A DNA stretch of 64,000 nt, from the NCBI GenBank assembly GCA_003344405.1, contig NOWV01000232.1, positions 1-64,000 on the forward strand, read 5' to 3'. Position 1 is the stretch's first letter; each line of letters opens with the position of its first letter. Origin of the DNA: Trichoplax sp. H2 (lineage: Eukaryota). The notes below the pieces were generated by a model. That model was not told the origin of the DNA. It worked only from the letters and a program-made list of their open reading frames with translations, and did not search any database. The translations under genes and the position numbers were made by a program. Of this stretch, positions 23,401 through 38,564 are shown one piece after another.

Positions 23401-26400
23401 CTTAACACCAACTAGTATTAAAAATTACGATATCAAGCTATGCATTGATGTTAATGATGTTGGCCTAAATGTATTTAATATACCCATTACTGCTGAATGT
23501 ATTGTACCAAATATAATGGTAGTATCACCAGTAATCGATTTTGGTCGATGCTTCCTCAATCACACATATCAGCAGTCGGTGCAGTTATATAATAGCTCCG
23601 ATTTACCTGCAACTTATCAGTTAGTTGATCAAGATGTAGATCAGTCAAGTGCTTGCCAGTATGGTAGTCCAAATCCGAAAGGAATTATTGAGGCACAATC
23701 AACTCTTGAGATGCCGTTACAATTGAGTGTGTCAGAACTAGATGAAATCCGAGTTACTGTAACGATTCTTATTAAAGGAGCTGAAAGCCATCCGTTAACA
23801 GTTCAGATCCTCTCACTTGGTGAAGGTCCAGTATTACATGTGACACCTAAGGAATTGGATTATGGCGAAACAAGAGTATTATCGAATGCTAATAGAAAGA
23901 TTAAAGTAACTAATGAATCGCTTATACCAGCTCAATTTAAGGCTACTATGTTACGACCACATTCAGTGTTCTCAATTCAACCGACAACAGGATTGATACA
24001 ACCGGAAGAGACTCTGTATCTCGATTTATTTGCTAATTTAAATGACTCCATACGATTTGCCGACAAGTTAGCCTTTGAGATTGAAAATAGCCAAACTCAA
24101 ACTGTTGAAATTAAAGCTCGTGGTTTCGGTACGACAGTACAATGTCAGCCTTCTATGGTGCCTTCTGTCAATCTTGGTCCACATTTTAGCCGTTCACCCG
24201 TTAGCAAAACGTTCAAAATTTGTAATCGTGGTCGTCGTTTACAACAAATATTTTGGACTACTGAAGGTTTTCAGCCGATACGCACTAGGAAACCTCCTAA
24301 ATATAACACAGAAGATATGAAGTTTAAATTGATGCCACCACCTAAAGAGCCACCGCGACCAATATTCAATATTAAACCAGATAAATTAGTGCTGCATCCT
24401 GGACAATCGACTGAAATTATACTTTCCGGTTACTCAGATAACCCACAGCCAGTGAAGGAAACACTAATATGCCACGCTATTATTGGTCAAACAACCGGAA
24501 AAGAGAAAATTATGCAGGTTGATGTTATTGCTGATTTTATTGCTCCTGTATTGGAGTTTTCACAGCGCACAATATCGTTTTCATTAATTAAGACACCTAG
24601 TACGATATTAAAACCCATGTATGAGCAAATATCTATGAAAAATATATCATCTTTGCCTGTGACTGCTCAGTTATCAGTGGATTATCCTTTCCATATGCTA
24701 TTGGACAGCAAAAAAGAAGTATCTATAGTTACTGTTGTTCTTGAACCTAATGAAGAGAAAGATTTAACCATTAAATTCGATCCAGCTTATAGGCAAGATT
24801 CATTTACACGTCGACTTGATAGTCGTATTGAAATATCGTATCAGGAGCATCCACAGCAAGATTATGTTAACTTGAAATCTCAAGTTTATTTCCCCAATTT
24901 AGAATTTGAATCGACAAATATCGATTTTGGATGCATCTTGAATGATACAGAAGTGGTGCGTTATATTACAATCACCAATGATAGCCCAACACAGGTGAAA
25001 TATCGTTGGTCATTTATACAACATTCTACCGATGAAATGAATGGTAAAATATCGACCAATATGCTGGAAAATGAGCATTTAGATATTATGGATGAGGATA
25101 AAGATATCGATGATAGTGAAATTGAATTAGATAAAATGAATAAGATCAAATTGAAATACGATAGTATCGATGATAGTCAAATGAGGATACAAGAAGTATT
25201 TGATATACTTCCACTTTACAGTGTCTTGCAACCAGGTGAAAGCCAACGTATCCAATTAACTTTTTACGGTCATACCTACGTGAATAGTAAAGCAATTGCC
25301 GTCTGCCATGTTGAAGGTGGTCCTGACTATCATATTACATTAACTGGCAGTGCATCCATAGTATCGTATCAATTTGATAAAAAGATTGTAGATTATGGTA
25401 AACAACTGTATGATCAAATCGCTGTCGGTACAATCTCACTACGAAATACTGGCGATGTAGCTTTTGATTTTAATACATCGAATGGTAGTGATCAAAGTCG
25501 TCCATTGCCTGGCATACCAATTGTTATGCCATCGGTAGGTAGAATTGAAGCAAAAGAAGAACAAGTATTAACCGTTCGCTTTATACCGGGTATACCAGAC
25601 GAGTTTGAGAAACATTTTGAAATTCGTATTGCCTATTTTGAACCTGAAATTATTACAATACGCGGTGAAGGTATATTTCCAAGGATGGCTTTTGATTTGC
25701 CACGTTCAAGTGACGATAGTTTTGATGCACTTCTAAAAAGAGCACGAGAGAAACTCTCCAATGAAAAGAAAATTCTTCAAGATGTATCTCTCAATGGTGC
25801 AGTTACTGCTAAAACAAATCATGATCCGGAGTTTTCAACGAATGCTAAAGGAGTCGATAAAGTTGATCGATCATTGTCTGTTGCCACCCACGTTGGTTCA
25901 GAATTATCTAATCCTGAACAGTTATCGGAATTTGAAATCCAACGAGAAGCTGAACGTTTATTAGTCACCGAATATGCTGAAGCCAACAATATGAAACGAT
26001 TCGATGCAAGCTATGAGCAACAATCACAACAGTTACAACCACAGACACAACTAACTCAATGCCAGTTACCAAATTATGTCCTTGATTTTGGTTATGTTGT
26101 TTATGGTGCCGTCAAAACTCATATCGTTCGAATTGCCAACGTTGGCCACAGTCCAGTATCTTTCAGTATTAATAAAGATCATTTACCAAGTACTGGCTTT
26201 AAAGTTGAACTTGATCGAGTTAAATCGTTACCTGGTGCACCAGCGTATGAACCTTTGGATTTTGCTGTTTCATTCAAGCCACAAAGCGCTGAATTACCTG
26301 AAGGTGAAATAAATGTTTTCGTTCCATTTCAAGTTGCCCATGGCCCAATGACTGGATTACAATTAAAGGCATTTGTCACAATACCTAATATTGCTATTTC

Positions 26401-29400
26401 AACCGAGACATTAGATTTTGGTACTGTCCAATGCGGTGAATGTCGTATAATTACCATTCAGTTATATAATCCAAAGCAAGTACGCTGTGAATGGAATTCA
26501 ATGATACCTGAAAAGAAGAAAAAGAAAAACATCGATAAATTTAAACCATCCTATCTACGCCATAAGGTGAAAGTGGACAAACCTAAAGCACCCTATTTCG
26601 AGTTGATGCCAAGTAAAGGCAATCTATCACCAGGGCAAAGGTTTAATGTTCAAGTTAAATTTCTACCCACTGAAGAAGCACCCTATATGCAACGTATACC
26701 AATTTATGTCCAACAATGTCATTCGAAGCATGAAATCACTTGTTATGGCCAAGGTATTGAACCAACTATTCAATTTAATCCAACCATGTTGGAATTTGGT
26801 CCAGTATTACCCCATTCTCTTGGTGCTGAACTGGAAGTGAAAGTTAGTAATTTAGGCCATTTCCCTGTTGAAATGTATTCACTTGAATTTGATCCGCATT
26901 ATTTACAAGATGAGAAAATGTTACGTTCTATGAAAGGTTATGATGAGTATAACACATTATTATTGCCACCACGACAACCTGGTGATAAATTACCAGATGA
27001 ATTAATTGATGCCTATCATGATGCTCAAAAGAAGAAAGAGGAAGAAAAAGCTCGTCAATCAAGTAAATTAGGTTCAGCGTCACACTTAATGAAAGAACAT
27101 GATGATGATGGTAGTGGTGTTCTCGATGGTCTAGGGCCTGCTGAATCATCAGAACAGCTCAATACTTCATCGATCATTTCAAATCTTGATGAACGCAGTG
27201 AACATGGCGAGAAGCCATATTTTGTAAGTGTACCTGGGGTTGAGTCGGCTTTAGGTGGATCAGAAAGTGCAATGTCGGAAGGTGTTGCTACTGGCATAGA
27301 TGAGAAGCATAATCATCCCTCCAATGGCCATAATCCAGCTAATGGTATTATTGCTGGCGATGGTGGAGTCGGTGAACTTGAAGTAACACCTGTTTATGCA
27401 GCTATTGCAAGACATTTAGGTATTGATTTATCGCCTGAAGGAACAGCAGCTCGTAATCGTCGTGGAATTGCTCTTATCGTTAATGGTGCTCCTAATTCGG
27501 GTAAAACACAAACTGCTATTACTATTGCCAAAGCTTATGGTGCTGCACTCTTAACCATTGATAGTATCATCATTGAGGCAATTAGCAGTGGTGGTTCGCA
27601 AGCTGGCCTACAAGCACGACAATTATGCGCTCAAGCAGCTAAAAATGCTGGTGATGATGTTGCCAATGCTAATACCAATGCTGCTAATACTGGCGGTTTA
27701 AGTATTGAAAATGTCACTGCATTAGGTTCCAACACGCAATCTGCTGCACCAACATTAATTGCATCGAGTGCAATTGGTGGCGGTGGCACTGGTGGTGTAT
27801 CGAAATTATCCGATCGTAAGCATTCAGTTATTATATCTCAGAAGGGCTATCATGGCCATAGTACAATGAGTCAAGCTGGACAAACAACAACGATGACAAC
27901 GACAGTTTCCAATTCTCCACCACCACTCTTTATTGGTCGTAAATTAAGTGTTAGTGCTAGTGTCGCCGGTGAAGATGGGCTTATGACATGCTTATTACCT
28001 GAAGAATTAATTATTGAAATTATTGCCGAACGATTCCAGCTAAATGATTGCCATCGTGGTCTTATCATCGATGGTCTTGAATCGATGTTTATGAATAATA
28101 TGAATACTGCAGCTAAATGTCTCTTGAAAGCAATCAATAATCGTAAATATATCTATTTTATAACATTAACCGTTGATCCAGTTAAAAAGTTACAATCATT
28201 TGAAGAACGCCAAAAACAAGATTTTGATAATAAAAATAGTAGAAATGGTCAAGCAATTCAGGACGATCAATTCGATATTGAGAATATATCAGAAAGTGAA
28301 TATGATGCTATGACAAGTGAGCAAAAAGCAGAGATTGATAAGAAACATTTAATAGCCAAAAAGATACGATTACAGCGGCAAAAAGAAGAACGATTAGAGC
28401 GTGAACGTCGTGAAAGGGAGCAACAAGCTCAATTAGAAGAGAAACGTCTAGAAGAAGATCGCCCTGGTAGAAAACGTAAACAGACACAAGGAAGTAAAAT
28501 GACCACCAAAGCACCAGCTGGTGCAGGTAGTAAAAATCAACCCAATGTTGATAATAAATCGACTGCTAAGCAAGATAAACATACACCTGGTATGACAAAT
28601 GCTCGACCAGCATCAGGTTTTCAAGGTTCATCAAGGCCTGATTCAAGTGGTACATTAGGCAGTGAATTAGCACAACAACAACAAGGACAACAACAACAGC
28701 CTCAAGGTGGGCAACAAGGTCAACAAGGACAAATGCAACAAGGAATGCAACAACAACAGCAAGGAACGCAACAATCGGGCTCACAACCGGGACAAGGCCA
28801 ACAACAAGGACAAATGGAAGGTGATAAATCGGGCGATGGCCGTAAACGTCGTAAAGATGAGAAAGGTAGTAAGCAGAAAGGTAATGCCATGGGAGCTGGA
28901 ACTCATTCACCACAAGAGGCATTACATGCCAATATCCAACCTATGAGTGAAGCTGAAAGAAAGAGAAAATTAGAAGAGCATAAATTATCACAACGATTTA
29001 CTATGTTTGAGCAGTCATTAAGTGAGATTAATACATTATTAGATTTTTGGGATCGTAGTAGTGGTACCAGTTTAAAACCGCCATCTCCAGAAGAACGTGA
29101 AACAGTTTTATTGCCACCACCAACTGCAGGCACAACGCGTAAACGGCGTGAGACCCATGCTCACGTTAATCGAGAGCGTGAAAAAGAGAAAGAACGCGAA
29201 AAAGAGCGAGAACGTGAACGTGAAATTTTAAAAGAAAAAGAAGCTAAAATTCAAATGGAAAGTTCAATGGGAGCTTCGACAATGAATACATTGAACATAA
29301 ATCAAGCTGCAATGTCGGGTGGTAATACTGGAACTATAAGTAAAGATAATACTACAAGCATAACTGTCGGTAATAACCAAGTAACAGGAGGATCATCGAA

Positions 29401-32400
29401 TCAACAAGGTGGCGATAATGATACAAATGATGGTAAAATGGCTATTGGTGTACCACATATTTTGTTTGAAGTATCAACACAAAATAATCATGAAATCATG
29501 ACTTATGTGACAAATCGTTTACCAGGTGTTGATGAAGTCCTCGATGGTTTAGGTTTAGGCCCTAATGGACCACCAATACCCCCACCAGCATCATTTTCGG
29601 TTATACCTTATCCGGTTAAACGTAAAGCATTAGAACCACCAGTTCATTATAGCTTTGTTAATTTAGTCGATCAAGATACAGCAACAGGTGCAGTGAATAA
29701 TAATCAAGATGAGAAAACATCTGAAGCTGAAATTGACTCTGGTTCTGAATTGCAAGCGAGTGGTACAGCTGCAACACTATCCTTCAATAATCGCACAATC
29801 GCTACCGATAATAACAATAAAACTGAAAAAGGTACACCAACAACAAGTCGCGCCCAGCTAAGATCGGATAAAGACAAGCAATCACGACGTACTGGTAATA
29901 AATCACGAATACGTGGATCAGCGCCATCACCACCATTAGCTAAAACTGATGATGATGAACAAGTAGTGACAGCACCATCGTTATTACCACCCAAAACACC
30001 TAATCAATATCGTTGGGTGATTCCAGCATCATCAACTATTACCATTCGTATAAGGTTTGTATCCACGGAATTAGGACAATTTGATGAAACATTAAATTTT
30101 GAAATTGTTGGTACACGTCGACGCTATCAATTATTTTGTCGTGGGATATGTGCATTCCCATCGATTGCACAAGAACCACGCGTTGTATTTCATCATCGTA
30201 AGAAAGTAATAGACCTTGGTGAAATTATTCATAAAAAATATATCTTAAGTCGTGATTGTTATGAATTTGGACCGTTACTATGTAGTAAAAGTCGTGAACG
30301 TTACAAAGAAGCTAAATATCCTGAAAATATGGAACGTTTAACAATACAAAATATATCACCACTTGATGTCGATGTTCAATTTTGTTTTCAGCATGATAAT
30401 CAAGCTGTTACCTTTTTAATTGATCCATCACGATTATATTTGAAACCATATGAGAGTAAAGAATTAACTATTTGGGCTTATCCAAAGTCGCCAGGACGTT
30501 TTGAAGACACATTAGTGTGTTGTATACGAGAAAATCCTGAACCTGTTATGTTTCGTATTTCCTGTACTGGTGTTAAGCCAATGATTGAAATTGACAAGAA
30601 AAATTTACACTTTGAACGTGTCTTATTGCATCGTAAAATCACTAAAACGTTATACTTACGTAATCCGACATTATTACCGGTAGCTTGGAAAGTCAGTGGT
30701 ATGGAAAATTTAGGCGAAGATTTTAGTTTAACCACAGAACAAGGTGTTATTGAGCCTCATACTGAATTTGCGTTAAATGCTCATTTTAAAGCCGTTAAAG
30801 CAACCAATTTGAAGAAAACTATTCGAATTGAAGTCTATGATGCGGAAGGTGTTATGGGACTTATCCATGTAGAAAATATCTTGATACAAGCTGAAGCATA
30901 TGATGTTGCGTTAGATATGAGCTTTCCCAAAGGTGCTGATGGTGGCTTAGATTTTGGTGTTGTGCGTGTCTTTGAAGAGACAAGATTAACATGCACCTTA
31001 AAAAATAAAGGCAAATATGAAATTGGTTACCATTTAATGCTTGAAGATAAACTGCAACAACATCATGATCAAGCAATTTACGATTACATCTCTATATTAC
31101 CTAACAAAGGATCATTGCAATCTGGTGATCGTCCACAGCAAGTACAAATTGTATTCAAATCGCAAAAAGAGATTGAAATTAAAGATTTACCACTTTTAAA
31201 ATGTCAAGTTATTGAGCCAACATTAAATGAAGGTGGTGAAATTATTGCCAATATACCCATTAAAGTGAGTGTTAAATCTGTTTTTAGTCGCTATCAAATA
31301 TATCCAGTTAGTGACGTTAATTTTGGCTCTTTGTTGGTCAATACACGTAAACAGTTAACCTTTCGAATAGAAAATTGCGGCGATTTTGAATTTCGATATA
31401 GTATTAATAAATTGATTCAAGATATCGTCATTAAACAAACGCAACCGACTAAAAATCACGGCGTAACAACAAAACGTAGTCGTTCACGAGATGGTTCTGG
31501 CTCAGCTAAAGTGACTAACCTTAAGCAAAAACGACATGAATTAACTCGTCCTGAAGGTGGCCTTAGTCAACGGTTAATATTAGGCACTTATATTTTATAT
31601 CCAGCATATGGATTAATTCAGCCTGGGGTAGCTGCGACTATTACCGTTGAATTTTTTAGTGAGATACCTGGTCGTTTTGAAGAAGCAATATGTATCGATA
31701 TTACTGATCGCAATCCAAAAGACCGACCAAGTGGTATTAATTATCGTTTAGTTGGTGAAGCAAGCGTGCCAAGTATCAATGTTAACGATACTAATTTAAT
31801 CTTTGAAGAACATCGTCTCGTTAAAACAATGAGTGCACTTATGATGGAACAATTAGACCAGAGTACAAATTCTGGCGTATACTGCACCGAAGAGAACAAG
31901 TTCTATTTTTATCATGTTCAAGTGGGTCAAAGAGCCAAAGTTCGTTTTAAAATCGCTAATTTTAATAAGGTAAAGTACACAGTCGTAATGATAATTTGCT
32001 CTCAATTGTCTTTTGCTAACTGTTATATTAAACGGTAGTATTTAAGTTAAAAGTAGTTGAATGTTTACTAATTCTAATTCTGTTTGTTTTTCATTGAACT
32101 AGATTCCTTGTGATGTTGCCTTTTCGGTCAAGCCTCTATCAAGCCGAGCCTCAGCAAAATGGCACGATGTGTTCGATGTTGAACCGAGTAAAGTTTCTAT
32201 CATTAGTCATAGCCATATTTATGTAACTGTTACATTTTGTCCAGCTACCATGCAGGTTAGGAGAATGTTAAGTTCTACAAGATAGTCATCATAATTCGCA
32301 TTAATAGAAAGTTTTTAATTAATTAATGATATTATCGTTTCCTGGAAAATAAATGTTATTTACCACTTCTGTTTTAATTAATTATGTAGTCTTATACTGC

Positions 32401-35400
32401 GCAATTTGAAGCTGCGATTGAAGGTGCTCAAGGATTAATAACTAAAGCTAAAAATTTAACTTTCGACATGTATGGTGAAGGTAATTTACCTCGTGTATCC
32501 ATCATTCGACCCAATGTCAGAAATAAAGTTGGCCATTTATTGCTGCTATTCAAGCGTTTACTGATTGGTCGTAATCAAACTCACCAATTAATCTTAAAAA
32601 ATGATTGTCTACTACCAGCTAAAATTAACCTAGAATTAACATCACTGGATGAGGTAAAGAATGAGAATTAAAATAATCTGTACAATTTGTCATAGTGACC
32701 AATAACTTATATAGATACCAAATCGGATTTAAAAAAATTAGCATGTTGATATTATTTCTGTCTTGATCCATGGCTTTTACACGTTTCTTATATACTGTAT
32801 TATTTAATTGATGAATCTAGATAAATGTAATTTCTTTATTTTACTGCTATACAGATTTTTGAATTGGCTTATGATGATGAAAGTAAGAATTCATTAACAC
32901 CAAATATCAAAGCTGTTGAAGAAGAAATTTCAAATAAGGCGGTTATTGATGGTATCAAGATGACCTCTATCTTAATGCCGGTTGGGTCAGAAGCTCGATT
33001 TCATGTATCATTTAGTCCAAAATTATGTCAGAAGTATGAAGGAAGAATTAAGTTATCAGTCGATAGTAATGAATTTGAAGATGAAGTTATTGAACTAATT
33101 GGTGAAGGCTATGAAGATGTACTGACAATTGATGAAATTCATGGTCAAGTTAATGATATTCCTGAGCCCACTGATGAATTAAGTGAAGGAGATATTGGTA
33201 TGTTATCCTATATAGTTTAGAATTGATTATCCAGTTTTACTTTGGTGTAAATTCTATTTATAGTACATAATCTTCATATAGGTTTAGAGTATCTATGATA
33301 TTTTATTAATAGTTAAAGAATCTATGAGTACATTGATTCAGAATATTTTCAACGCAAATTTTAGCAAGCACTGCAAATTTTATTGATTTTGGTGATTGCC
33401 CGGTGGCTGAAGCAAGACAGTTATCTTTTACCATGTCAAATCATTCTGATCAAGTAGTTCGCTATCAATGGCCAATTAATCAAGAATTGTATTTTTCACC
33501 AACGATTGGTCATCTACATCCTCATAGCACAAAAGATATGACATTAACTTTCTTAAGTCATGAACCTAAACGCCTTCAATTTAGTGATATTGTCTGCCAA
33601 TTTTATACTATCGCTTACACAGATAGTTCAACACCGGTAAACAATATACGTAGATAGACTGCATTTGCTTTATTTATAGGAATTGTTTGTTGTTTAGTAG
33701 ATGTTTTCTATTTCGAATTTTTGATGAATTTAATTAATTAATTCTTATTCTATACCTTAAATAATTTAGCTACCAGAATGGGATGATCGTATGCGAATTG
33801 TGAAATGGGTTGATGCTGCCTCAGCTTCGACCGCTGCTGGCGGAGATGATGAATCAGCTACGAAGCAATCTAATCAATCTGCAGTTGGGCAAAGGCGATC
33901 AGCATCACAAACCACTCGCCCGTTAAAGAGGAAAGTTATCGAAACAGAACCTGAGCCATTACACACCGTTATCGATGATACCTCTTCCGAATTACACATT
34001 CGCGTTAGCGCTACCGCTGATTATGCAACTTGCAAGTGTAAAATTGATGATATTAAATTTCGTGATACTTTCGTATTACAAAGTCGAATCTTCAAGTTTT
34101 TTATCTATAATAAGGGATCAGTTCAACTTGATTACGACTGGTCGATGATTACTAACGATAATCAATTATCCGCTCTTTCTAATGACTACGATCATCAATA
34201 TCATTATCATGGGGATAATGCACTATTTCGCTTATTGCCTGGTCAATATCGAGGACCATTTATTATTGAACCTAATAGCGGGTGTATTGAAGTTGGTTCA
34301 AAACAACAATTTTCAGTACGATTTACTCCAATGGCAGTGTATGAATATCAGGCAAAATTAATATGTAAAATACCTAATTTACTACCTGATTTGCAACCAC
34401 CTGTACTTACTGCTAGTGGACATGGTATTATGCCTTATTGTCATTTTGAATTAGATGATTCTGATTACTTAACAGCCAATCGGCGTAACCCAGAATTGAA
34501 AGGACCTGGAGATAGCCCACCTGGTACAACGCTTGATGTTAATACTAAAGTGGTAGAATTTCAATCATGTGGCATCAATACAGTTATTACAAAACGATTT
34601 TATATCATCAATCCAACTGATAATGGCTACCACTTCGAATGGACTAACGATGATGGCAGTAGTGAATTTAGTAAGCGTGCTACTTTCTCATGCTTAACAC
34701 CAGATGGTTATTTAGCAAGTGGCAAACGTATTGAAATAGTATTTGAATATTTGGCTGAATCGATCGATATGGTTGAGTCATTTTGGAATTTCACAATTGT
34801 AGAGCATAAAATTATGATCCCATTTGTATTAGTTGGTCGTGCATATGAACCTGATATCTTACTGGATAAATCATTTATTAACCTCAATTCATTATTATTA
34901 GGTTATACTGGCCAAGAATTTGTCAATCTTGTCAATAATGAAAGTCAACCATTAGATTTTGTCTTTGATGATTCATCATGTCATACGGAAGGTTATGCTG
35001 CAATGTTGACAATTTCACCAACATCAGGTCGAATTGATGGTAAATCACGCTTAGCTATTACAATCTCTTATACACCTAAAATGGAAAAAGAAGTCAATTT
35101 TAACGTCATATGTCGTATTAAAAAGAAATTAGCACCATTAACCATTAATATTAAGGCTGAAGGCTTTACAATGCAAGCTCAATTACTATGTGAAAATGCT
35201 GATGGTGACAGTATAGAATTTTTACCGCAAAAATTAAATCAAATTAATTTTGATGAGGTTGATGTCAACGAGAAAACTATGAGACAATTAAATGTTGTTA
35301 ATAATGGCAAATTTAACTTCAATTTTAATTGGGAGTTTATAATCAATAGAAATCGTCTACAACAACATAATGCAGCATTAGAAGCCCTGACAATTAATCC

Positions 35401-38400
35401 CGATGCTGGCCAATTACAACATAACCAACGTAAAAAATGTGTATTAACATTTTGCCCCCGAAATAAAATTATTTTAAATGATATCATGCTACAACTAGCG
35501 ATATCTAATGGACCTACATTTAATATACAAGTTAGCGGTCAAGGTAATCAACCATCACTACATTTTTCATTCACGAAACATAATTTTGGCCCGCAATTTG
35601 TATTTAAAAATGTAGCCAACATGGTTAAGAAAGTGTTAACTATCACTAATCATGGCCAAAAAGATATTAGCCTGGAATGTCTGTTTGAGTCGACGTCCTA
35701 TTTAGAAGTACGATGCCCTTCCACTGTGCTTGCTTATGGACAGACATGTGAGGCTGAAATTACATTTTGCCCTCGTGAAATTACCCAGTATAATCAATTA
35801 GTAATATTTGAAATGAACGGATTATCCAAGATACCGATTGAAATTATGGGTGAAGGTATAGAGTTGAAAGTCGATGTTGTCAATTCATTCCATAAACTAA
35901 TTAATTTTGGTGCCTTACGTGTCAATCAAGAAATGATTAAAAAAGTCAAATTAATTAACAAAAGTAAAGCCAATGTTTCATTTAATTTATCATTATCCAC
36001 ACAGTCATTGGCGTTACAAAATACCAATATTTTTAATATCCAACCAGCTAATAACATCACATTAAAACAAAAAGGTGGTATTGGTGAAATTGAATTGTTA
36101 TTTCACCCAATAGCACGTATAACACGTTTTACGGAACAAATTATGTTGGATTGCCAAGGAATTAGTCAGCCATTATTTGCAATAACAGGTTGTTGTCAAG
36201 GTATTGAAGTCGGCTTAGATTGCGACACAATATCGTTTGGTGCCGTATCACAAAATAGTTTTAGTATCCGACGTATGACATTATATAATACAGGTGATAT
36301 TGGTGCTGGTTTCTGTTGGAATAGTCAACAATTTCAACCTGATTTCTCCATAACACCAGTAGAAGGTTATGTCTCACCTGGTATGGAAGTTGTTTTTGAA
36401 GTAACATTTCATCCAAAAGAATTAAATCGTGATATTCGTTATGAGAAGTTAATGTGTTCGATTGAAGGTGGTGAACCATTACAATTGTCATTAACTGGTA
36501 TGTGTGTCCATCAAACACCCCATAAAGAAGTTGTCCAATTTAGTACACATGTTCGATCGAAAGAAGTTAAATCATTAATGATTACCAATAAAACTAGTCA
36601 ATCATGGTATTTACGACCAGCGATTGACGGCGAATATTTTAATGGTCCTGATCGTATTGTTGTTGAGCCAGGTCAAACTAAAGCATATGAATTAACCTAT
36701 CGTCCTTTAACTATGACACTTGAAGGCCGTAAACATGTTGGCTCAGTATTTTTTCCATTACCTGATGGATCTGGTTTAGTTTTTAATGTTACCGGCACTG
36801 CTGAAGCACCACGACCAATCGGTAATATTGGACATGAAATGCCATGTAAAACTCATTATACACAATTATTAAGTGTATCCAATTGGCTGAATAAACCACA
36901 ACGTTTTAAAGTTATTATCGAAATGCTTAAACCAGAAAAATCCGATTTATCAACAACAATGAAAGGTCTAGATTATATTGATGTTCCAAGTTTAAGTAAA
37001 CGAGATTATAAGCTGAATTTTTATGCTCATAAAGAAGGAACATTTACGGCTAAAGTTGTCTTTAAAAACGAGCAAACACTAGAATATCAATTCTATTTTG
37101 TATCCTTTAAAGCAACACCACCAGCTCTTATTTCAACATTAAAATTAACAACACCGGTTCGTCGAAGTGTATCACAGTCAATTACATTAAAAAATCCATT
37201 AGCCATACCGGTGACATTTCAAACGGCAGCTACTGTCAACGATATTAGTTTACCACCACAATTTACGGTTCCTGCTCATTCTGATGTAAGTCTGATTTTG
37301 TTGAATATCCATTACATATTATAAATTTCATGGTAGTTCTGATTTCAATTATTATGTAGTTATTATTTATTTTTGACTATTATACACGTATACCGATATT
37401 AAGGCTACCTACAGCTATTGTATAATTCTGTAGAGCGGTAGCTGCGATATGTTGATTTGGGTATTACAGTACTTAGCATGCAGCTTTTTTATCTATTAAC
37501 AATCGGTGATCAGCAATTTGATAACTAAATATTGATTTAATGATTGTAGGGATCGTGTACTTTTGAGTTCCTACCTCTAAAGGCTGGTGACAGCACTGGG
37601 CGTTTAACATTTAATAGCTCCGAATTAGGTATTTATCAATATGATTTATATCTAACCGCTACACCTGCCGGCCTAGAGAAACCCGTCTATTTCAAGACTT
37701 GGTTGGGTAGTAATCAAATTCAAATTTGTCGACTCATTAACTTTACAAGGTCTAAAGCAGAATATATATGCAAGGTAATTTCCTGATTTTGTTTGATTCA
37801 TTATAACGACATCGGACGTTTTGTAGGCATGGACTGTTAAAGTCTATTCCTTGCGGTCTAGACACAATTTTGTTACCTTATATGGAATAATATCTGTATT
37901 GCATGCTAGGCTACTTCGGATTAATCCAATGCTTAATTGCAACTAATGTTTTCCTACTCATGTTACAGGTTGATAACTCTGACTTTCATGTTGAAAGAAC
38001 AGTTACAGCAGCATCAGCATCCAATGCCGGAACTGAAGTTTCAATCGAAGTAACATATGAACCAACGAAAGTAGGCGAAGTTAAAGCTATGTTAAACGTT
38101 TCTTCAGCCCAAGGAGGCGAATATGCTTTTCCACTGCATGGACAATGTTTACCATCGAAACCCCTTGGACCCTTTAATGTTAAAGCTGGTACAACAACTA
38201 ATATACCGTTTAAAAATATCTTTGGCCATACAACATATTCTATGTCAATTGATAATCCTGCATTCACTGTTAAATCTTCTGAGAATATTAGAAGTAAAAA
38301 AACGCACAACATAATCGTTGGCTTTGATTCTGCTAATATTGGGTCATCAAAAACTCAAGTAGGAAAATTAATTATATGTTGTCCTCATCCTAGCGGTAGT

Positions 38401-38445
38401 GGGACTGTGTCATGGACATTTTACCTTAAAGGCATTGTGCCATAG
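20488..38445 (+). CDS. HYDIN: Hydin, axonemal central-pair apparatus protein (~5228 aa, 16 exons)
   Basis: Exons 20488-20601, 20969-21094, 21178-21297, 21370-21504, 21616-21741, 21858-21931, 22012-22136, 22252-22580, 22682-31969, 32103-32255, 32390-32653, 32855-33197, 33365-33636, 33770-37285, 37550-37774 and 37969-38445, all GT-AG and phase-consistent. Hydin motifs IELLDM, LFQPFPSEV, EGDIWPNS and GRESRLPL; repeated ASH/Ig-like DFG modules; adenylate-kinase-like P-loop GAPNSGKT at 27485-27508. Confidence 0.95.
28673..28813 (+). repeat. Coding CAA/GGA-rich repeat (Gln/Gly tract) in HYDIN
   Basis: Encodes QQQQGQQQQPQGGQQGQQGQMQQGMQQQQQG... A separate (RE/KE)n tract lies at ~29171-29225. Confidence 0.9.
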
Positions 38446-38564
38446 CAATTTTAACTTTAACGGTGCATTTCTTACATCATATTTTTATTGATTCTAATTA
38501 ATAAGTGATATAAATAAATTTTAAACACCAACAACATAAAATAACTGTAAAGACACTATTTTAA

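Noticed and set aside
24075..36518. Many 60-120 aa antisense or off-frame ORFs within HYDIN
   Set aside because: They are shadows of the long coding exons.
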